Assembly: GCA_950097015.1 (NCBI GenBank)
Contig: CATNEN010000010.1
Location: 2,108,001-2,172,000 of the forward strand
Direction: 5' to 3'
Length of the DNA: 64,000 bases
DNA from: Macrostomum hystrix
Taxonomy: Eukaryota > Animalia > Platyhelminthes
The notes beneath the pieces are model-generated. The model made no database searches, was not told the DNA's origin, and saw nothing but the letters and a program-made list of their open reading frames with translations. The position numbers and the translations under genes were made by a program. Positions 48,601 to 60,600 of this stretch are shown piece by piece; within the stretch, counting starts at the first letter, position 1, and every line of letters starts with the position of its first letter.

Positions 48601-51600
48601 GTCGTCGATAGCAGTCCATGAAAACATTCAGAATGCTCTCCGCGTCGATGGTGTCCTTGACTTCATCAGCAACCCCGGCAATCGCCTTGAGGCGCTTCTC
48701 GGCCTGCGAAGTGCCAGCAGTGGAGCCTCCCGACTGATCAGTAGCGTCGTGCTCAGAGTCTCGCTTCACATTCTCTTCGATCATGGCGACGATAAGGTTT
48801 GCGATAGATCTTTTCATGTCCATCTCTTCCTGCAGACCGCACTTGGAGTAGGACTGTTTGGATCGCAGCAGGTAGTTGATGTAGTCGCACACTTTGTTGT
48901 CATAGCAGACAGCCTGGTTGCTGAGGTTGCCAGATGAGAACTCGACGAGCGAGTCAAAGATCTGAATTATGAGCGAGATGCTTGACTTATTGATCGACGT
49001 GTAGGTGAGGCCAAGGAAGCGGGCTGTCTCAGCGATCAGGTTGACAGACTTGATGTTATCTGGCTGCTCTCTCAGGTAGTCCTGCAAGCGAGTGTTTTGC
49101 CCATCGCAGACGTATGCAAGCACTCGCAGCACAAGCTCAATGTAGCCGTCGTCCTTCATCTGCATATTCTCGTCCTCCATCACAATTCTTGTCGCCAGCT
49201 CCTCAATGTCGCCCTCGTCGATGTTTGAAGCGATAGTCTCAGCAGGCCCAACTCGGTTCCCCGAACGACTTGGTTCCCCCTGACCCATGTGCTGCATCTC
49301 AGTCGCGTCACTCCGAATCAGTTGCCGAGTAGAGTCGTTAGAACCTGGTCCATTTCTTTCGCCCGTATAGCCACGGTTGTACATTCCACCGCCGCCCAGG
49401 TCATGGAGGTTGCTTCGTGAGGACCGAAGTTGAGCAGCGGATCCTTGAAGACGATTCTGCTTGCGCCGCAGCTCCGCTGTGCTTCCCTGAACATACTGCC
49501 GACTACCGCGCACCCGGGCCCCACTCCCGGATACGCTGCCTTTGCTGGCCTTCAAGTTGAGCAACATGGAGCCCAGTTTGCTGCTCTGCATAGCCTCGGC
49601 AGAGACTCGGCCTTCTTTCATCGCCTGCTGAAGATCTCGAAGCTCCGCGATTGCCTCTTCAATTTTTGCCTGGTGCTGACTGATGAGTGCTCGGCTGTTG
49701 GAGGATAATAGTAAAAGTATTTTTACTTCGGAGCACTTAGCCAGCAAGTTTGAAAGCAACTAACGAGAATCGAGAATCGCTATGGAAATACGCTTACTTT
49801 TCTTTCCAAGCCATTGACGACATGCTGATGCGATTCTTCACAGCCACGAAGAACTTCTCCTCGCGTGTGCCATAGAAGTAGTCTAGCAGGCTGCCCTGCA
49901 CCTCCTCGTTGCCGTTGAACAGCATGTTGGCCAGGAAACTCAGCACCTCTCGAACAATCTCGTCAGACTGTTTGGATAAGTGCGGAAGTACTTTAAGCAT
50001 GGCATCGTGCTTGTTGAGCGCCGTCTGCACGCGGGCGATCGCCTCGAGTCGTCTGGAAGCGCCGTTCAGAAGGTTTTATGTTTCGCTTAAACATTTTTTA
50101 CGGAGCTTTCCATCGAAGGCTCGACTAGGGTCACATTTTAGAGAGACTATGCTCTCAAAGAAAATTTAAACAACAGTTATTGGCGAAAAATACCACAGTA
50201 CTCGTACATGCGATCACTTTAAGTAAAAATAACTACATTCAATTAGATTAAAAATCTGAAAACGAAAACTTGTTATACATATGTATCATGCTGTGAAATT
50301 TGCTATGTAGTTTCACAGTATTGATAAACGTGAAATCAGACAAAGAAACGTAATGACTAAGACTTGAATATACAATCTCATCGAAAATATGGTTTTAAGA
50401 AATCTATTCTTCAGCTAAACGGAAAGCCTGATGTGCTGAAAAATGTTCACAAGAGCCACCGCTCACTGATTGAATCGGTGAAAGTTTTCAATTTTGCTAG
50501 AATTAAACTTCACATGAGTGATAAGTGATTAGTCTGCACTTCTCTATCTATTTGCAGGGGGGCCCGGGGCACTTGTCGCACAAGTGACGGAGCGGCACGC
50601 CCCCAGACCGGCGAACTAGGCGCTTAGCGCCCATCGCGCCGCCTCCCCTGAGCAGGCACCACACAGCAGCACAGAGGCACCCAGAATAGGCGGCAGTGCC
50701 CCCACCCCAGCCCCACACGCACAGAGCAGACTAAGCCTGATAAGAAATCAGTCCTCAGGGGGGCCGGGTGATGAGTGTACACTTATCCAATCGCGGCAGT
50801 GCCCCCCACCCCAGCCCCACACGCACAGAGCAGACTAAGCCTGATAAGAAATCAGTCCTCAGGGGGGCCGGGTGATGAGTGTACACTTATCCAATCGCGC
50901 TGACGGAAATCCAGAAAGCGCGCGGCGGTGTACACCCTCCCCCAGCCACCCCCCGCAAGGCCTCACGCCCCAGCGCCAACGCACACAACTCACTCAACGC
51001 AGAACAGGCACACAGAGGGAAGGAGCGAAGCTATTATTTCAAGCTTTGATTGCACGAAATTTGGTGCACCTCCGCCGGTCGCTACTGTCCAAACCCTCCA
51101 ACAAGTCCCGAAATTAATAGTGACTTAAGGGAGAATCGAAATAGCGTCCATTGGAGTGCGAGGCAGCGACGCTAGCCGCTGACCCACTCGCCCCTTTTAG
51201 TCTGCACTTCAAAATTTGATCGAATTTTACTAAGTAATGAAATCGCAGGTAAATATTAGAATTACGAGTAGAAAAATATGTAATCGGTAATATTCTTTGA
51301 AAGATACTAGTATCAGACAGCTACAAGTGAACACGTAGATTTTTTATGCGTTTGGCTAATCACGAAATGCGTGACTAATTTTTACCTGGACCAGGTTTTC
51401 TTTCCACGACCAATCATTCTGAAACAGTTGTTGCCCAAGGTGTCAGTAGTGTGCAAGCTAGCTACCTTACAGAAATGTGAATTCTCAAGTGCAGGACCAC
51501 CTGGAAAATTGCGAAGAAGAGAAATGCAAAGCAGAAACTCACTCCTTGAAGTCCACGGAGTCAAAGTTTGTTGGCAGCTTGACAATCTCGTTGTGCATGA

Positions 51601-54600
51601 TGGCGCGCAGCAGCTGCAGGCACTTGACGTCGAGGATTTCCTGTTCGATTCGCTCCTTCTCGTTGCTCAGCTCCATCTGGTTGGAGATGCTGCCAGACGG
51701 GGGAAAAATTGTTGAGAGCTTAATCTTCCATTGCACAAAAGACACGAAAGCTCACGACAGCAGCGGTTTGCAGAGAAAATGAGTCTAAACTGGGTTCGAA
51801 AGCTAATTAAAACTGATTTATTTATTTAGAAAATATTATTTCTAACCCTGAGCACTCACAACAGCTGCTCCACCAGTTTGCCAGCCAGTCTGTACTTCAG
51901 CGGATCCGTGATGGGTCGGCTCGGGTCGATGAAGCAAGCCATGTGGTCCTGGAACTCCTTGCCTAGGGGCAGCTCCTCGTCGCTTCCTATTGACGTGTAC
52001 TCTGAACATGGCAGAGGGATACTCGTAATTAAATTTGAGGCAATGAGTTCTCAGCATGCTTTAAGACTGCACAATGCATGGGGCTCCCCTGCTTGGGCTT
52101 GCTTGGAGCGGTGAGTCGGTACACATCATTTGTGTGTTAGTCAGACTGCCACTTTGTGATATTTGGTATTTGATTTGTGATGTTAATCTGAACAGGGATT
52201 TTTAATCAGATTAGTGGGAATTTGTTTCGGAAATATGTGGTTCGAGTTTTGAGTGCGATACCCATACGATTATTGTACTGGCCCATTGTACTCATGTTTG
52301 CCTCCGCTGCTTCCTTTACAGAATGCTTTTCAAACCTTGATCGCTGTCAAAGCCGATTTGATCCCTGACAGTGTTTTCTCCTCCATAGGAGATGCTGTAG
52401 TTGGTGGCGAACACGTTCAGCTGCACATTGAGTTCCTCCTCGGCTGAGTAGTACTCCTCGTATCGCTAAAACAGTTTTACGATGCGCTTAAACTTCCAGA
52501 TTCTTCTGCATCCAGTAAGTGGGATCCAGTCACTCCGGGATCCAGTCACTCTGGGATCCAGTCACTCTGGGATCCAGTCACTCTGGGATCCAGTCACTCT
52601 GGGATCCAGTCACTCTGGGATCCAGTCACTCTGGGATCCAGTCACTCTGGGATCCAGTCACTCTGGGATCCAGTCACTCTGGGATCCAGTCACTCTGGGA
52701 TCCAGTCACTCTGGGATCCAGTCACTCTGGGATCCAGTCACTCTGGGATCCAGTCACTCTGGGATTTCGCCATAATGCAATTCGCAGGCTTACCTTCCGA
52801 GCTTCGCTCCTGACATCCCAGCTTATCTGAACTCCGCCTCCATATTTTCCTCGAAATTCTTCGATTGCCTGAAGTAATTCAGTGAATAAATTAATCAGTC
52901 CACTTTCAGCCTTTGTCATTTTGGCGATCGTAAATAATTTATAGTAAAAAATATTTAGGCATAAAATCTGAGCTGATTACTGATTATTGAATTTGTAATT
53001 AGAAATCGATTACTAATCATTGCAAGTCGATTTCATTGGCCTCATTATCATCTCGAAAATCTGCTGTCAAGAAAAAAATCAGATTAGTTTCTTCGATTGA
53101 TTAAAAGGCCTGGACCCATTCAAAGCTTTTCTTTCACCTTAATACCGCTAATCTGCCTGTCCTGCAAAGTTAATCGCGAATGTCACTCGTATGGTATCTG
53201 CTACTTGAAGTAGAATATGAGAGGCTTTGGCACAATAGATTGGTCTCGAAGTGTTGGAGAGAGTTCAAGTTCTGCTCCTTTGACTCACCTTGGCTGGCAG
53301 GGTGCATACGGTGAGCACGCTGGTGGCACAGCTCAGCAGGTACTTCACGTACTTCTCCTCGGAGATTAGGGGCATGGCGGCCTCGATGAAGTTCTGCCAA
53401 AAAAGGCGATGGTACATTGTCACGGCTCAAGAATTATGAGTAACTATGAAGACGAACTGATTCTTGCAGTTCTGACAGCTTACAATGAGAATCTTGGCCA
53501 GTTTGTTAATCTCATCGATTTCTTCCGGGTGATCTTCCAAGTCCTTGATGTAGATGCTCTTGAAGAAGGTCTGGAAAATTTATAGGCTCGTCGTGGCAAC
53601 TGATTGCCATATAAATGTGGATAGAAAATACCGGTCAAAAGAATAACTTCCAGCTCACATTGATGACAGGTAAGGCGCCTTCAAACAGATACTTTAGCGT
53701 CCCGTGAGCCGCTTCATCAGTTTTCTCCTGCCTCTCCTTGCCAGCCGGGTCCTCCATCTCGCTGAAAGTTTAATCAACGAAAAGCGAATTTGCGAATCAC
53801 TTTTTGGGAACCGCTGATGGATGCTTTCAATGTCACTGTCAATGTCACGAAGTCAATAAGATCACAGATCATTGTGCTGAAGTCAGACTCAGTTGTGTAA
53901 TTCTAATTTAAAAAAATTCTGAATGAAAACGAAGCTAAGATTTTGAAGCTATGAGACACTCTTAAACTATGAACCAGAAAATCTTGCAGTCTATTTAGTC
54001 TACGCAGGTAAAGTTCGAGTAAGAGCTAAAATTTCGGCATATCCATTTTGAGCAGATTGCATTAAATGGAGGCACTCACTCTCTTAATAAAACTTGAGAT
54101 CAGAAGTGCTCACATCTAGGGTGTGGGACGTTGGATTGAAACTGGTGAATCTCATGTGGGTTTCCGACATAGAAGATAGCTATGAACTCGGTGTTCTCAG
54201 TCTAGACTACCTTGGTACGTGTATAAACATCTCACTGCTCTACATCTTCCAGTCATTTTCCTTTGCACTCATTCCCTGCACAAGTCCTCAGGTCCTGATC
54301 CATCTCCCTTTGCACTCATTCCCTGCACAAGTCCTCAGGTCCTGGTCCATCTCCCTTTGCACTCATTCCCTGCACAAGTCCTCAGGTCCTGATCCATCTC
54401 CCTTTGCACTCATTCCCTGCACAAGTCCTCAGGTCCTGATCCATCTCCCTTTGCACTCATTCCCTGCACAAGTCCTCAGGTCCTGATCCATCTCCCTTTG
54501 CACTCATTCCCTGCACAAGTCCTCAGGTCCTGATCCATCTCCCTTTGCACTCATTCCCTGCACAAGTCCTCAGGTCCTGGTCCATCTCCCTTTGCACTCA

Positions 54601-57600
54601 TTCCCTGCACAAGTCCTCAGGTCCTGATCCATCTCCCTTTGCACTTCATTCCCTGCACAAGTCCTCAGGTCCTGGTCCATCTCCCTTTGCACTCATTCCC
54701 TGCACAAGTCCTCAGGTCCTGGTCCATCTCCCTTTGCACTCATTCCCTGCACAAGTCCTCAGGTCCTGGTCCATTTCCCTTTGCACTCATTCCCTGCACA
54801 AGTCCTCAGGTCCTGGTCCATTTCCCTTTGCACTCATTCCCTGCACAAGTCCTCAGGTCCTGGTCTAGTTTACCGACAAGAAATCGGAAACCAGCCATAA
54901 ATTAGAATAAGAGTAAAACTCAACCGATAACAGAAAGTTTTGAAATCTACTGTTCTAAAACGGTTAACAGTAAACGGCAATTCAACCAGAAATCGGCGAT
55001 CTAAAAAATAAACAGCAGCAAAACACAAGAACAAAGGAAATACAGAAGACACGGGCAGCTCAGGCGCAAATGTAATGCAATGCGCAGTGAAATTTTTACA
55101 CTTGAGGCAGCGTCTCCAGCTTGTGCTTGTGCGATCGCCTCCTTTTGGAGGAGTGTCTCTTAGTTCTGAAAGCGGACGTTGCAACTGATGGTTGTGAAAG
55201 CTCAGCGAGAACTGATGCCAAAGTTGGTGACCCCAAGATTAAACAATGCTGAACAGTAATAGTGACAAATGTGAGCGAAAACTACAGCTTCTGCCCAAAC
55301 TGCATGCGAGGTGGCCCAGAATATCTGCCGCTATCATTCTGCATTTTACTCGTACATTTTAGCCATGGCTAGTGAAGGGCTCTGCGACTCGCAGTCGATC
55401 ACCAGCAAGTGCGATTGAAGTGCACCAAGCTTTTTCCTGCAACGTGCCGCAAAATTATCAGCTGACGAAACTAAAAATGGACTGTAGTAGCACTACACTA
55501 GCACACTTAATAAACACCTCGTAAAATGCGCATCAACATGATTTATTAAGACTAACTGAAGTCATTAATTCATTCGCAGCCAGTTTGAGTGTTGTCATCT
55601 TTCCAAGAATTGCACAGTTGCGAAATTATTTGCGAAAAGGCTCTAACAATCACCTAGAATCAAAATAATTTCTTTTGACGAGGCTCTGAAATGTGACTCA
55701 CTTTTTCAATACTCGAATCTTCAGCAGCTGACGGACAAGCTGCGGGCTCTCCATCGCGAGCTCCGCCATGCGCCGCAGGTCCTCCCTGACCATGCCGAAC
55801 AGCTGCCACATATTGCCATCGTGCGGCAGGTCGCCGGCGCCGCTCTCGATGAGGCCGCCGGCCGTGTTGAGGTAGACCCACAGCAGGAAGCGTGCGAAGG
55901 GCCGCTTGTTGTGGTTCGGGATGGCGGGGTCCGTCAGTATCACCAGCACGTCGCTCACTCGGTAGATGGTCTGGTTGATAGACTCGATGAAGCGGTTCTC
56001 GCCCTCAGCGCAGGTGGCCAGCAGGTCGACCAGAGCGATCATGTAGTCTGACTCTGGCGTGCGAGTTGGCGATCGCAGCATGTTCAGCTGGGCTGCTTTG
56101 TCCTGGTCGAGGCACTGAGCCACTTCGGTTCTCTGCTGCATGAAGTACTTCATGACGTAGGCTTGGTTGCGCTTCAGTGGTAGATCCAGCTCCTCGACCT
56201 TTACCAGAGCGTTTAACATGTCCAGGAATTCAGGCGCTCTGGAGCCGTGCTGTGCAATCAGGGACATTGTTCTGGCGATGTGGTGCGGCAGGACCTTCAT
56301 GCAGGTGTTCTTGTTACCAGTGAAGACCTCGGCTAGAGCCAACGCCAGCTCGGACTCCGCGCCGACGCAGCTCAGCAGGGCATCCAGCCGGTCGAACAAA
56401 TGGTTCTGCACCACCGTGTTGCCCCTGGCCAACAGACGCAGCAGGTTGAAGCACTTCGCGAACACGCGGCGAAGACCGCTGTACTCGTCCTGAAGACAGG
56501 CGCACACTGAAGGCAGTTACGAGGTAGCAAGTGCTCGACATTAACTGAATCCTTTCGGTTAAAAAGTTTTTTATTAAGAGGTGTGAAGTTTTACAGCTAA
56601 GACTATTGGCAATAGAGTCGTAGGCATGTGAAAGGAATAAAAAGCACGACATACAAACGCATTAGAAAGAAGCTTTTCAGTGAAAAAAATGCGTGGAATA
56701 CATTCTCCACCACGAAGAGGTATTAAATTTGGTATTAAATTAAACACGTATTTTCGTGTGAAAACGTATATCAAGCGCTCGAAGAAAAGCTTTCACCAAG
56801 ACAGAAAGACAACTATTGTGTGAAGGAAAACAAAACGAAAGTTATTTTTACTCTTAAGGAAGGCTCAATCGATAAAATTAAAGCGGAGTACCTTTTTCTT
56901 CTTTTGCTTTTTCGATGCTCGAGCAGTCTTGAAAGAATGGAATTAGTGGAGAGCATCAATTAACAAGTACAGAAAACCGTCTCCTTCTTGTATTTCAGCA
57001 AGGATTCGGAGCGTTGCGCTTAAACTGTTCAGCAAATATCAAAGCAAAATGTTTTTTTCTGTACGCAAAGCGAAACAAGCCAGCCAAGTCGGCAATGACT
57101 TAGCGATGTTTTTCGACTGTTTATGATTCGGAATGTCTAGGAAAGCTCAGGTACTGACCCCTGACGAAAGACAAGCATCAGTCCATCGCGAATTTCGGCG
57201 GGTATATAGAAATCGAAGCGATGGAAGAAAGTACACTAGGACTGTCAGAATGTGCAGTGGGCTGTAAGCGTTGGTGCACGGGGATAGAGAAAACAATTCG
57301 CCTATTTTACTTCTCCGCTTCGCTTGGCTGTTCTCACCATAGGATCTCACCATACTTTCAATGATCAGTTCAATTTCATTGTTCACTATAGATTCAAGGT
57401 TCGAATCCAGCCAAGCGGGTGACGTGCCAGATGATAAAATATGCCCGACACTCCAGTGCCGTCTGTGCTCATGCGATGAAAGGTGCGCATTCTTGCTCAC
57501 CTGGACATTCAATCTCGTCTCGTTGTCCACCACTACGTTCTTGAGTAATGAGAAATTTAAGCATGGGAAAGTGCACAGGGGATTAATCCTTGAGCAGGCA

Positions 57601-60600
57601 CATCAGCAGGCGGCACTTTACTACTACCGTTACTTTGTAGATACAGTCTTACTGTAAGAGCGATGAGAACGGCTTTGCAAAAAGCGGCAACAGACAGGTA
57701 CAAGTGTTAGCAGGTGTGTCACTGCATAGTAAATACGCTCGTAGGAGTTGGGTGTAATTATCAGTTCGTTTTGTTAAGACAAATCAATAAATACAAAAAA
57801 TATTTCTGCTTCTGCGCCTAATTTTCTTCCAACAATGCAAATGCAAGTAAATTGTAGTAAGTAGTTTAGTTCGTACATTAGCCATACTATATGTTGTTTT
57901 TCTTAAAGTACCTTAAGTACACTAGGACTCAACTAGTGTACACTACACTAGTACACTAGGAATAGGTATAAATCTTAATGACTACATTACCTGACATTCG
58001 AATTCACTATTCAATAGTAGCTCACCAACAGATTAATATCGATGTCCTGGGACACGAGGTCAAATATGTCGTTGAGAAGTCCATTATTGTAGAGAATCGC
58101 CTGATTCATTGGGTGCCTCTCCTCTGGCTCATCGTCCAGGTGGCAGACCCTGTGTGCAGGTCGTTTTCTTTAAATTATGTTTAATGACAAGAAGGAATGT
58201 AAAATACTACTAAAGAAACTGGTGCAGGTGATAGATAGCTGCTGGAGAATGAACTGTTTGACAGTTTGCAAATCATGTAGGAATTTTAGTCTTGCAGTTA
58301 GGCATCAATCTACGAGCTACTACAGCTGTGAGACGAATAAGTAATCCCCTTATCAATCCTCTCATACCTGGTGAACTTAGACAGGATGGAGCACATCTTC
58401 TCCACATCAGAGTCGGTCATCTTCGAACCGATCAAGCGGCGCATCACGTGACTCTCTTCGTCGACCATCTTGTGCACTGCCACCGACCGATCGGTGATGA
58501 GCACCTGAGCCAGGACGGCTCGCTTAAACAGCAGGTTGTGCGCTGAGTAGTAGCGGTTCAGCAGCCACATCGACATCTGGACCATCTTCGGGTACTCGTA
58601 GTGGCTCAGATCCTGAAATTATTGGACGAATATGTCAAAAGATCGCTCATAGGAAATGTGCAATACATCAAGGACCAATAGTAGCACTTCCTTAGCTAGA
58701 AGTCTAGAAGTACTTGTGATACACACTTAGAACTCGAGGATCCAATGACCCGACAAACGATTTGTAAACTGACGATGTAAAGCTCAGGCATACGAGCATG
58801 TTGTTGTTGCTCTGTCAGTAGAAGCTCTGAATGTTCTTAACTAATTGTCTACTGACATTTACTCACCATTAGAACGTTGACGATGTCGAAGTCCTTGAAG
58901 TAGGCGGACTCGGCGAACATGTCGGCCAACCTTTGACCGGCGACTGCGTCCACACTGGAAGACAAGAAGGCAAGTTCGCTGTGACAATTGAAGTCAGGAT
59001 TAAAGTACAATTGAAGCAGTTCGTACGACTTCACCTCTCATCTAAGTCGTAGTTCTCGCTCAACAAAGCAGCCACAGGGTCCTGACTGTTGGACAGAGTG
59101 TTCTGTGCCATGAACTGCACGTCCTTGAACTCGGCTACGAACCTCTTAAGCCGAACATTGAATCGGAAGTTAAAGAACAGGTCCAGGACTCGCATGGCTC
59201 TGCAGTTACAGGTAAAATAATTTGATTCGCTTTCCGTGGAATTCATTTGAAGCAGAACTGGTTAGCAATAACTTACTGGTGTTTGGCATCGACAACAGCC
59301 TTTGTCTCCCGGGACTGCTTGTAGCGTTCAACAGTTTGGTAGTGATGCAGCACTTTGTCAAAGTCTGACGTTGCCGCTGTTCGATTGAAGAGTGAATGAT
59401 GGACCAATTTGAATGCTTGTAGAAGTTTTTACACTTTACAATGGCCCAGTTCGCATTTAGAAATGGAAAGAAATTGGAAAGACAGTTTTATTCACAGTGT
59501 CAAACTGGGCGTGCTCAAAAATCACGTAGAGATTTCGGAATGCAAAACTGATAAAATTAGGATCAATAATATAAGAATGGCAGAGTCGCATCGTGAAGTC
59601 AGTGCCCAGCGACGTACTTTGTTTCATAATATTTATAGTTCCTAGGCAATAATATCTTACTGTAGTTCCTAGGCAATAATATCTTACTGTAGTTCCTAGG
59701 AAATTGAAAACCTGACTGTCTCTCTTAAAGCGTATTTCAAAAATAGCCAAGCTCAGGACAGAAGTACTAAAAGCAAAGATTAAACAAGCAGTAATCCAAA
59801 CACGTCCTCTTTCGCTAGACTTAACGCTAGGCTCGTATAGTGAGCTAGGAATCTGCGAATGCAAAGGCAGACAATTTCTGCATGAGATTATAGGTAGGTA
59901 AATTTATTAATTACTTCCTGCCACATTTGCCACCATTCCTCCACCGAAGGTGCCTGAAATGAGATGTTCAGCGAAAGACGAACTGTTTGAAATATTTCCC
60001 GAGATTTGTTTGAGGACACAATGCGCGATTGGCGAGCTGCATCTACTGCAGAACAATTTACGCTACAAAAAATCGATTTTCCCAATCAAATTACGTGATA
60101 AAATACTAAGTGGTACAGCCAACTGTCCTCACCTCTCGGTAGCGGCTTGTCGTTTCGCCCATCCAGCAGCTCCAGTAGCGGCTTCAGCAGCTTCTTGATG
60201 TCGGTGCTGGAGTTGTAGTAGCCGAACCTGACCAGGTAGTGCAGCATCTGCATGACGTGGGCCAGCAGGATATTGTGCCCAACCTCCGAAGCCGTCATGT
60301 CGTGGTTCTGGTCCAAGAAGCTGGCCAGCCAGTCTCGCAGGGCAGGGAAGTAGCGCTGTGTGGTGGCATTTCTTAGAGTTGTCTGCAGCAGAAGGGATAA
60401 AACAATGCAGTCGACCAAAGTGCACTCAAATTAAGAGCAAGGACATTCATGATCAACACACAGTCTCACCATTTCGCCCATCTTAATCTGCGAATGCTTC
60501 GAAACGTCGTCATAGACAAACGTGAGGTCGATCTTGTCCAGCACGCTGATGTTGTCGTCAACGTCCACGAAACATTGTGGTGATGAGCTCGCAGTACTTG

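Noticed and set aside
57391-57482. Possible nested plus-strand exon or tRNA (GGTTCGAATCC) in an ITPR-B intron
   Set aside because: No A box or cloverleaf, no partner exons and no recognisable protein motif
31264-60572. Calling both ITPR copies pseudogenes
   Set aside because: All other exons are intact with mainly synonymous divergence and conserved splice sites; the single-base insertions look like consensus errors
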